Assembly (NCBI GenBank): GCA_026023565.1
Contig: JAPETS010000006.1
Coordinates: 620,001 to 684,000, forward strand
Direction of reading: 5' to 3'
Length of the DNA stretch: 64,000 nt
Origin: Cirrosporium novae-zelandiae
Lineage: Eukaryota
Shown: positions 12,389-24,300 of the stretch, in pieces
Layout of the letters: each line of letters begins with the position of its first letter
Position numbering within the stretch: position 1 is the stretch's first letter
The notes under the pieces: generated by a model
Seen by the model: only the letters and a program-made list of their open reading frames with translations
What the model was told of the DNA's origin: nothing
Database searches by the model: none
Position numbers and translations under genes: made by a program

Positions 12389-15300
12389 ATGTGGAAGAGC
12401 TTCATTGGCAGGTCAAGCGATAGACCTGAAGAATCACCATCATCCAAAGCCGGTCGGCGCAGGGATAGCGAACATCACTCTTTCACGAGAGGCTCCGAAT
12501 CAACGACCTCAACTAGGAAATCATCACGGGGTGACGACCGTGGTAAAGGTTTCCAACCTAGGTCCACCAGCTATTCATCAACATCTAAAAGCCGACCTGG
12601 TGCTTCAGCTCCTTCCATCGCTTCCAGCTACATGACCACTGGCTCCCTCCATGATACGGACATAAATACTGCACCTAACATTGTGAGGAACCCTAGCGAG
12701 GTCGATAGATTACCTCAATCATCAAGTAAACGCGATGATAGACCAAGGGACACAGACCGTGAAAGCCAAAGCTCGAGGAGGAGAGATAGGTCCTCGAGCC
12801 GGGAGCGAATGCGCGATTGGCGCGATGATAGGGACGAGGATAAGCGTGACAAGAGAGACAAGAGCTATAGGAGAGATAGGGAACGAGAAAAAGAACGCGA
12901 CAGGGACCGTCCTACATCAAAGGGGTCCATGGACAGATATATAGAATATGGCGATGGGGCTATCAGAGCTGCTGATGGGAATGGCAGGCCAAGTACTGGG
13001 TACAGCTCATCTAGTCTTACCCAACCTCCTGGACAATACGATGGTGGGTTATACGAGTCATCGTCCAGGCTGTCACAACCCTCCGCTCGTTTCTCACCAC
13101 GTATCGAAGACCAATTCCCTGGCCAATTCCCTCCGTCACCCGCAGAACTTTACCTTCCACTGGCAGAAAATGGATCAAGCCACGGTGAAGCTTCCAATTA
13201 TTACGGTGATCATGGACAATCTGTCTATGACCAACCAGGCGTTAGACCTCAACCCCCATCTCTAATTATTGGTGCCGAACCTCATCTTTTACCCGCTTCA
13301 GCAGTCCCAAATCCTCCTGTAGAACCGTCCGCCCAAGGGAATGTCGGGGCCGCGGCCTCTTACTTCCAAGAAGGGGAATCTGAGTCTGCACTATCCGAAA
13401 CCCCTTCACGACCAAACGGCAAGTATTCCAGGCCCGACAAGACAAGTAAGCCCATAAAACAAGGTAAACAGAATGGTTCATATAATGATGCTTGGATGTC
13501 GGGAGGGGTGACTTTTGATACATCTATGACTTCGAGTAGTTACGATGCTTCATCTAGGCCAGACTATGTAAGCAATGGTGCCAGTTATCAACAAAGACCA
13601 CCATCGTCATCAAATGGACATACCCACCACCACTCGGCTCCAGTGGTTCCCACTCTAGGTGCTGCGGCTGCAGGGGCTGCCGTCGGCCACTACGTCGGCC
13701 ACCAATCCTCCCACCAAGAGACCGCGCATCATCATTCACATTCTTATTCGAGTACCTATGAACCCCAATATACTTCTGATCCGCTTGAACAATATCAAAG
13801 CGATGGACGTCTGTCTAAACCAAACGGCCAACCTTCAAGTTCTAATGCTTCGCTTTATGTAACAGGTGCAACAGGTTTAGGAGCAGCAGCATACCAACAT
13901 CATCATAATCATCATCATTCAGCTGACAACATATATGGTGAAGGTTATTCACAAATGGCCTATCAACCTCAGCACCGTGGCCCGTTGGATAAATTGCTTG
14001 ACTTGATCCAAGACAAAGATGGCGTCGCTCAAATGGAAGAATACACCGAGTATATTGGAGTCTGTAAGGATTGCTTTGAGCCGGGCACAACCGCTAGAGA
14101 TGCTCCACGGAAGCATCATTATCAAAAGCGACGTTCTTATGAGAGGTTCGGGAGTAGCTCTCGTATCGATAAAGAATCTCGCTATACGTCTTCAGATAGT
14201 GAGGCCCGGCGGAAGAGAAAGACATCCTGGCTTGCAGGCGCCGGTCTGGCTAAACTCAGGAAAGGTTTATTCAGCAGCAACAGAGATCGCGATTCATCCT
14301 CCGACTCTGTGAGTATTCGGAAACGACGATTTAACGAGTCAAGAGGTTCATTTTCTGGTCGGGATACTTACAGACATTATGACCAGGGTAGTGTTACATC
14401 TCGGGGCGTTGCTGAAAGACATCGAAGTCGATCGCGCGGGTTGTCAGAAGCCACAACTCGAGAAAGAAGAATTTATAAAAAGGTTACACATGCTGGTAAA
14501 ACAACCATCTTTGAAGTTCCAAGACACTCTGGTTCACGTTCTAGATCTCGATCTCGATCTCGTCATCATGGTTCAGTGAAAGATGCTGCCCTTGGCTCTG
14601 TTATCGGCTCTGCTGTAGCATCGTCTGTTAGATCTACGCGCCATCGAGGTGGTTCACCGAAGAAGAGTTATGCACTTGTTGGTCGGAGAAGTCGAGAGAG
14701 CAGCTCTCGAGAACGAAGCCCAAGTTTAGCAGATATTCTCGGGTTGACAGAGGCTGGTAGGCGTCGCATGCGCAGATCTCCGTCTCCGCCGAGACCATCT
14801 CATTCTCGTGTTTCTTCTGGTGCCAGTGGCTTTGCAAGCTTTTTTACCGCACCATCAATGGGCCGAAAGTCACACTCGAAGAAGAAATCCAAATCTGGAT
14901 TTTTCAGCTTTTCAAATGCTTCTTCATCCTCATCCTCTGATGCCGATCTTGCATTCGGGTCTGAGTCCGATCATAGCCGCAAGAGCTCCAAGCGCAGAAA
15001 GATCATTAAAAAGCGTCGATCGACAGATTCTGCCATTCTAGGTCTTGGGGCCGGTTTAGCAGCTGCACTGGCGGCTGGCGAAAACCGAAAGGGAAAGCGG
15101 ATATCCGATATATACGTACCAAAATCTCGTGGAAAAAAGAAGGGAAAGCATGAGCGGAACAAAAAATCTCGACGAGGTTCATCTTCATCTTCAGCAGCCG
15201 ATGATGATGCATGGGAGTCTGCTACCGAAGGGCATGACTCTTCCGATGTTAGCTCTGGACTTGCTTATGGTGGAGCTGCTAGGAAGAGCCAAGATTCGCT

Positions 15301-18300
15301 AGTATCTGACGGTTCAGGAACGAACAAATGGGGATGGACATGGGGTTCTAAAAAGAAGAAGCGGTCAACTACTCCACCTAAACTCGTCGAAGACTTTAGT
15401 CATGTAGGAGAAGCTTCTACCACTGGCACTGCGGCCGGTATAACCCTTGTGTCGAACGAGAGTAGGGATGTTGCTGGAAGCAGTACTAGCAGCTTGCCGC
15501 CTCTTCAGCGGGTATACCCAATTGCCACGTCAGATCCGTCAAGGTTCGACGTAACTAAACAGCCAACACGCTCTTCGAACTCCCCCATCATGACGTCGAG
15601 ACCAGCTCCAATTCCACTCCAACAACCAAGGCCAATTGCCCCCGTGTCTCCCAATGTATACACTACCCAAGCGTCATACCCGCATTCCTATACTGCTCCT
15701 ACGGGAACCTCTTCATCCTCCAATGCTACACGCGTTACTCGCAGTCGAACCGATAGTTTTGAACGTTATAAGGTCGTTGACTCTCAATCTCAGGCTTCAT
15801 TTAATTCTAGGTTCCCGCCGGTAGATGTAGCAAAATCTACAGCTAGCGAAGAATTTAAAGATGGATACCCTCTGGTGGGATACTCCTCTATTGAAGTCCG
15901 ACGGGCAGCAATAGATGATGATTTTAGAGGCAAGAGCCATCGACAAACCTCGTTCGATGAAAGATTTCCTCCGGTTTCTGGAACATCATCTACGGCCAGC
16001 GAGGCATTTAGAGAAAAGTTCCCTCCAATCGAGCTGGTAGAACATACTGTTAAAGAGGATTCAAGAAATAATAACCGCCAACCGCGCCAAGATTCCTCGC
16101 CAGCCTTGGGAAAGAAGGACAGACCACCAAGCCCAATAGCCTCGAGGCCGCGGGCATCAACACGTGACAGAGCTTCGAATATCAGTTTTAATATTCCTAA
16201 GGAGGTCGAAGATAAGGAACGATTTGACAAGTACCGTCGCCAAAAGGAAGAAATTGAGCTTCACGAAAAATATGTTCGGGAACAAGAGGAGGCCGCAATT
16301 CGTGCCCAAGTCGAAAAACAGCTGCGGGAGGCAAAGAAGAAATCGGAAGAGGAGAAAAGGCGTTCCGAGCTAGAAAGAAGTGACCGAAAGTCTGCCATAT
16401 CAAAGCGTGATGACGAAGTAGAAGAAGAAGAACGTAGGCGTGTTGCTATACGAAAGTATGAAGAGGAAAAATCATCTAAGCAGTCTACCAGCTCTCGTAT
16501 TGAGCCCTTTGTGGCAGCAGCAGCTGTTGGTGCTATCGCGGGCTCTGTCTTATCCCAAAAGTCGAAGTCAGATGAGCGACGGGAGCGAAGACGTGAAGAA
16601 CGTCGAGCTGAAGTAGAGTCTGACATATCTAGGAAGCCAAGTAACGTTCCAGATGATCGACGTGAACGCCGACGAGAAGAACATCGAGTTGCAGCAGAAT
16701 CTGAAATTTCCAGGAAGACAAGCAGTGTTATAGATGATCGGCGTGAACGGAGACGAGAAGAACGTCGTGCCGAGAAAGCATCTGAAAGTTTTCAACTTAA
16801 AGATGAAGATAAGGAAAGTAAAGAAAAAATATCTGAGCGGAAATCTTCGGCATCGTCGATAGTCTCTCGTCAAGACAGCGTACAGAAAAAGCTAGAACGT
16901 CAGGATTCTCGAAAAGATACTAAAAAAACAGATCCTACTGTAGGATGGTCCGAAAGATCCGCAAAAGATCATGAGCGCGAGCGTGAACCGAGAGATGACT
17001 TCGCAGAGAGTGACAAGCAAGCTAGGATTGCTAGAAAGGTTGCAGAGAAGATTGCGGCCAAGCAGGAGCATCAAGAACATGATGATTCTGGCAGTTACTT
17101 TACCCCACCAGATATTACTGAAAGTGCTAGGTCTGAAGACATCCCTTTCCCTGAGGCTAATAACATAACTCCGTACCACGTCCCTGAGATCAAGCTTGAT
17201 GATTTTGGCTCTAATCCCTCAGGTCATTCCCATGATTATCCAACGAGCAGTGCAGATGCAGCAAAGGCACATTTGCTGAGGAACATTCCTCGTTTGAACG
17301 TGATTGAGCCTACGCCACCTGTTAGTGTCTCTAGTTCTATTAGAGGGGATTCTTCTCCGGACATGCCAGGAGTAGAAATTATACCTGCTCGACCTGAAAC
17401 GAACCAGCGACAATCCTCCGGATCTAAAGTTACCTGGGGTGAATCTGAGACAAGAGAATTCACGGTTGCAAGCCCAGAGTCCTCTCACGAAGAGTTTATC
17501 AGTACGACTGAATTAAATAAGCATACTCGTTCTATAGTAAAATCTGAAGCGGAGAAGCAACAAACCCAATACGTAGAAAAGCAATCGGAAAAGCAGCCAG
17601 AACGACCATTGGAAAACATACCAAAGCAACCACTGGAAAGTATGCCCGAGAGAGAATTAGAAAAGGGGATAGAGAAGCAATCGGAAAAGAAACGAGAGCG
17701 GCCATTGGAAAGGATGCCAGAACGACCACTGGAAAAGCAGCCAGGCAATGAACCGCCACGGCAATCTTCAAGGGAAATGGAGAAGCGACTTGACCAGCGA
17801 TCAGAACAACGCTCGGAAGATCTATGGGAGAAAGAATGGGAAATACAAGCAGACAATCAGTCGCGGAAGCCGCCAAACCGACGTTCAGAAGGGCCCCTAC
17901 TTGAGAGGTCAGGAAGAGTTAGTTCTTCTCACATGAAGGAGAAAAAGTATGTGGGGCCGAAAGAAGTCAAAGCTCCAACTATGCCTGGTAGCTTTGGTGA
18001 TGATCTAGAATTTGCCGCAATTGTAGCTGCTGGACTTGAAGACACGGGATTTGACCCTAAGATTGTAACTGAAGATCCTGCTTTCTTCCGACGCGACTCA
18101 CCCCCTGGCTCTGAAGTATCTGGAATGTACCGCAAACCGTTTTATGAATCTGTGCCCGATGTTCATTCTTTACCGCTATCCTCTGCAATCATTCCCCCTC
18201 CCAGAGGATTCATTGAGGGTGAAGTGCCAGAAACTTCCGAGGACCCAGAACCCACGTCCAAGCCAATCGTCGGTGATAATTCCCCGAGGAGATGGTCTGG

Positions 18301-21300
18301 CATCTCTCCAGATGCCCAAGTGAATATTGAACGCCCAGCCAAGTCTCAATCAAACCCTCTATCTGAGGCTCCTTCCGAGTCTAATCGCCGCGAGATTGCG
18401 TCTGACAATAAAGAAAATTACAAAAGTTCATTGCAAGGCCAGTCCACTGCTGTTAGTGAAATTGGTCGCACTTCCATTACAGAACGCCACAGTGTTTCGG
18501 ATGAACATCCTTCCCCCTTAGAGTCTCCCTCCAGTCATGATGACACGATTCCCATGGCCAAGGGTTATAGCAGAAGTCAAATCCAAAGTTTACCAAGCGC
18601 CTATTCTGATGTCCCTCATCGTTCGGATAGTGACCGCGAAGGAATACTCAGAGAGGAAGGCCATTACACTGAGGAGCCCGAGCCTATGGTTGAATTATCC
18701 CAGGAGCAACTCAAGGATCTTGTCGACTTAGAGGATCTTGGGTCTAAAGTCAAGAGCTCAAGTAAACATGAAAGCTCACAGGGTTATTCTGGATTGAAGA
18801 GAACCTCATCCTCAGGCTCTGATATGCGTAAGGACTCATATTACGATGCTCGGCCTGTAGGGAGCGACGAAGATCGTAAGGAGAAGAAAAAGAAACACAG
18901 GCACCGTAGTAGTACCTTGGGCTTGGACGATGAAGATATCCGCTCCGTGACTAGTCACCGTAGTCACCATAGCCAACATAGCCGCTCCCGCAGTCGAGTT
19001 CGTTCCCACAGTCGCGCTCGGAGTCGTGAGAGAAAACATGCCGAGAGTGACAACGATGAGAGAGAAAAGAAGAAAAAGAAGCGTCATAGTGCGGGTGATG
19101 TCCTTGACTGGGGCAGCCCAGGTGTCCGCTCGGTAGTGTCATCAGGCCCGGGCGATGATGACTCTGAGTCTAAACGAAGACAGAAACATCGATCCAAGCG
19201 AGACAGTGGAGACTTTGATACTGCCTCTGTCGTGTCTTCTCCGGCTGCTATCGATGATAGTAAGGAGAGCAAACCCAAGAAAAAGAGTCTATTAAGCCAG
19301 ATCTTCAGTGTTAGCAAGGCGAAGGAGGAGGCTACCGAAAGTAGCAGACCAAGACCTAGATCTCCCCACTCCGAGGCATCATTTGATGGGTCAGATAAGA
19401 AACACAAGAAGAGGCACCATCGACACTCCACAGGAGATGATGTGAATAGCATCCACGGTAGTGAAGCATCCCGCTCCGCTAGCAATCTATCACAGATCAG
19501 CGTTCGAGAGGACGACGACGAATCCCAGAGATTATCAAAATCGAGAAGCAAAGAAGAGAAGCGGCGGAGTCGAGAGGGTAGCATCGTAGAATCAGGTAGG
19601 ATAACCCGGGACCTGACCTCTGAGGTACCTTCACCTGTGTTTCCTACATTACCCCTAACGTTACTGGACCAGCAACTGAGCAATCAAAAGACCACAGAAG
19701 TCATCGATAAGCAGCAATCCAGGTCCCGTTCAAGGCACAAATCTATACCGGAAGGATATGAAGACAAGCCCCTGTCTTTTTTAGGGGAGCGCCCAGAAAT
19801 ACCCCCATTACCTGACGGCTCGAGGACCTTAGAGGACCCGCCAGGCCAGAGAGTAGCGCCTCCCCCATTAGAACAACCATTTACCATTGAAGAGCCACAT
19901 ACCCCGTCTCGATTATCTAATCCATTTCCACTATCCTCCACTGATGATGTTGAACGGACGCCGAAAGGTCATTCGCGCCATAATTCTGAACTATCGCAAA
20001 CGTCAGGCTTAACAAGTTCACCTACCGCTGTACCATTACACTTCCGCCGCCCACCTCGATCTCCAGCCGCTCGTCGCATTTCGTATTCATCTCCAGGATC
20101 ACCCCAAACTGATTTTGTGTATACCCCTAAATCTCGTAAAGAACGTCCTGCCTCCACTGAATTCAAAACATCCACAGAGTATCGTCCCCTTTGGCTTGTG
20201 GAGCGACATAGCTCTTCCAAAGTCCCTGAAGTTGATGAACCATATCCCCCACTTCCATCAAGCCGAGCAAGCTCCTCTACTCCGTCTTTGCCAGATGACA
20301 GTCCCGAACATCAATGGGAGGAAGCTCCAGAATTTTCATTCCCTTCATTTGAAGGGCCAGCCGCGGAGCAAGAGGCAAGCATTGTCACCATGGATGCAAT
20401 AGAACGTGGAGACGTACTAAGCTCTGGGCAGACAACGCCAACCGCCGCTAACTTTTCAACGGCTTTCCGCAGTCCAGTATCAGTCGTGGAGCCCACGCCA
20501 GCTCCAAGGTCTGATGAAGCAAATACAGCTATTGTAACGACGTCTTCAACCCCGGGGACCTCGACGGACTCCTTCCAACCTTTTCATGATGCATCGGAAG
20601 ATCTCCCAAGTGAACCAGAGGCCCAACAGTTTTCTCAAAATGTAGCAGGAACGACTCACTCTCAACCTCTTAGTCAGCCATCTTCGCCCACACAACATGA
20701 AGTATTTGAGCCTTCAATTTTAGGTGGCGCCGCTTTTGAAGTACTTGTCGATGATACGGTCAGTGGGCCGATGAAAGATTGGCCTTCAGAGGAGGACAAT
20801 ATGGCCCTAAGAGAAGCCCAAGAAATATTAACAGAGGAGGTTCCTAAAGACCGTCCAGAAAAACAGGTTCAACAATTGCCTTTAGTAAGCTTGGACCAGC
20901 GACCTGAAAATGCCGAACCGTCCGAGACTAAGCCGGATGTGGAATTTGAACCAGTTAGAGAACCCGTAAAAACTAGTGACCTGCCTGAGACCTCTCGAGA
21001 AATTCCGGCCGACCAACTTCTAGAAGCACTTTTAAAGGCTGATGCTGTAACGAAACCAGAGAATGTGTCAACAGAGGCCACTACAGTTTCGGCTAGCGAG
21101 GAGATATATGAAACTCATGAAGAAGATTATGTTGAAGTTCCAATGACTCTAAAGGAAACCAAGGAATCAAAGGCGAAAGAAGCATGCAAAACTGGTCCAG
21201 TCTTTACTGATATTCCGCCGGAGCCAAAACTGGAGCCAGATTCCACCGCTTCGGCTCCGGTTGAAGAAAGACTTGTCGAACCAGCACATACTTTAATGCC

Positions 21301-24300
21301 AGAACCTGAGGTAGTTTCCGTCGGCGCCGTCTCCACTGAGGAGGGTCCTGTCCAACCAACAGAGGGTTTAATGTTAGAAAATGTCCCAATTGAAGTAACC
21401 AAGGAATTGGAGGAACCCACTCAAGTACAAGATCCCGTAGCTTCTAGTCCATCTGGAAATGGCAAAAAACAGAAGGGCAAGAAGTCACGGAGATCTAGTT
21501 TAGCTTCTACTACAGGTTTAACCGCTGAAGCTAAAGCTGCTGCTGACACTGCTACTGAATTTTTAACCGAAGTCCCTGTTGACAAACCAGTTGACGTAGC
21601 GGCAAGAACTACAGAACTATCACCAGCTACCGAAGCCACCGCATATACAACTACAGAGGAACCACTCGTTCCAGAAACGTTCCCTCCCGAGCCTATCGAA
21701 CCACCCTCGCGCCCCGAAGAAGTTGTTGAGCCCGTCGTCTCCGAAAAACCACCTGTTTCCCTTGAACCGGCTGGAGCATCTATTGTCACCGATGTCCATT
21801 CTCTTAAAAGCGAAGAGCCTCCGGAACAAGCCGAGGGCTTAACAGGAGCGCCCTCTAAAAAGTCCAAGAAAAAGAAGAAGGGGAAGAAATCCCTCTTATT
21901 GGGTGAAGCTGGAGAGAATGTCGAAACTCCCAAGTCCGAAGTCAAATCTATTGGACTTAGTGATGAACCTGAAATCGTAGCTGGGCCTTCTAAATCCGAA
22001 TCTAAGATAACGGAACCAGATGTCGAATCAGAGCCTGTTATTACTGCTGAATCTATTAAAGCCGCTAATGACACAGCCGGGCTATCTCATCCTGAAGTCA
22101 CACGCCTTGAGACCTTTCCAGAACCAGAGCCGGCTCTACCTCTAGTACCTTCCGAAGTAGCATCTAATGTTCCGGCGCCTATTGCTCCCCCAATTATTGA
22201 ACAATCTATCGCTTCAACTACCTTGGACGAAGGGGACCCTCGAGAGCCGACGGGTACACTATCTCAAACTCCTAAGAAATCTAAAAAGAAAAGGAAGGGC
22301 CGCAATTCAGTCTCATCGGTTGAGCCACGAGAGAATATCGAGACCCCTATTGATGTGGGTCCTGAACCCACACAGCCTAAGGTTGAGGAAGATCTAGAGC
22401 AACGAACCGTTCCTACTGCGGCACCCCTTGAACCAAGTGCGGGGATTACCGAAACGGGTGTATCTACAGATCTCCAAGTCCCTATATTAGAGGTGGTTGT
22501 ACCCGAGCAGTCTGTAACAGAAGAACATGCAGCCGAAGAACCTGTACTCGAAAAGCCTACAGTCGAAGAGCCTTTGCCCGGACCCATACCTGAAGAGGTT
22601 GTACCTGAAGCGCCTACATCTAAAGAGCTCCTATCTGAAGCGCCAATATTTGAAAAGCTCGTGCCTGAAAAGCCCGTATCTGAAACGTTTATACCTGAAG
22701 TGCCTGCACCCAAGGAGCCCGTATCTGAAAATATCGTACCTGAAGAGCTCATATATGAAGCGCCTGCTCCTAAAAGGCCTGTATCTGAAGAACCCGTACA
22801 TGAAGCGCCTATATTTAAAGAATTCGTACCTGAACAGCCTGTGTCTGAAGAGCCTATACCTGAGGAGGCTATAGCTAAAGAGCCTACACCTGAACAGCAT
22901 GTATCTGAGACTCTTTTGCCCATCAATTCTACCGTAAAATCTTCAGAGGTCAAGTCTGATCCTGGATCTGCATCTCTCTTTATATCTCCAGAGGTTGCCG
23001 AACTTTCTGTACAAACAAGTACCAAGGAACCCATAACATCTGTAGCTCTAGGGGATGAACCCTCCGGAATACAAGATACCTCGTCTCCTGCTTCATCGAA
23101 GAAGTCTAAAAAGAAGAAGAAGAGTAAAACAAACACTCAGCAAGCTGATGCAAAAGTCACAGCAGAGCCTATTTTGGAACCAGCTTTGGACATTCCATCG
23201 TCCTTCGGGACTGCGGATAAGGGAGATCAACAGTCCGATATGAACGAGACCGACATGAAAAAGGTTGGTGAAGAGGTTCCAAGATCAGACCCTAGTACCT
23301 CAGTTGTTGAGGGTATTCCTGAGCATAGCCAATCACCTGTCACCGCCATTGTAACAGAGCCATTAGAAATCGCGATCAAATTACCAGAGAATATTGCGAA
23401 AGAGATAGAAGCTCCTCAAATGCCAGACGAATCTGAACCAAAACCAATTATCGATGAGTCAAAGGAAAAAGGTCCTGATCAACAAATATCTGAGCCCCTC
23501 CAAGATATCGTACAGGAGCCAATTATGGAGGCATCTAAACAACAGCCTGTCGAACAGCGTACCCCCCTTTCCCAAGAGATTTCTGCCAATCCACGAGTTG
23601 AAGAGACTAAGGAGATAATCGAAGATGATACTCAGTCTATCGCGTCAACTTCACACAAGTCCAAGAAGAAGAAAAACAAGAAGAAGAAGAAATCGATCAG
23701 CTTGGCAGGTGAAAATGACCCATCTATCCCCATGGAGGGGAAGGCCGAAGAACAACTGGTACCTGGAACCCCTAAAGCTGAGGCTGTGCTTAAAGAGATT
23801 GTTCCTGTTTCGCTAGAGCCTATAGCAACCGAGAAGCCTACCGAAGAAGACAATATCGTGGAAACACCAGCGACTGAACGTGAGGTTCTAGAGGGCATAA
23901 GTGAAACCCCTTTGCAAGTACAGCCTGTGGAGCAAGTTTCTGTTCAGTTGGAACCAGAACTAGAGCCCGTCCCTGAAGTTCCGTCCTCGAAAAAGTCAAA
24001 GAAGAAGAACAAAAAGAAGAAGCAATCTCTTGACCTTCAGACTACGGCCGAACTTGATGCTACCACATCTCCGAACGTTATCGAAAAGGGCCATACACCA
24101 GTAACTTCCGACTTTCAAGAGCGTAATATTCAAGATAAAAAGCTAGTCTCGCCTTCCACCGATTTAATAGTAGCCGGGGAATTAGCATCCACTCAAATTC
24201 TTGATCAAGCCCAAGAATTATCTCCTGCTCCCGTGGATGACTTAAGTATTGCAAATGATATCCATCAAAAGCCTGAAGCAATGGTTTTGCCAACAGAAGA

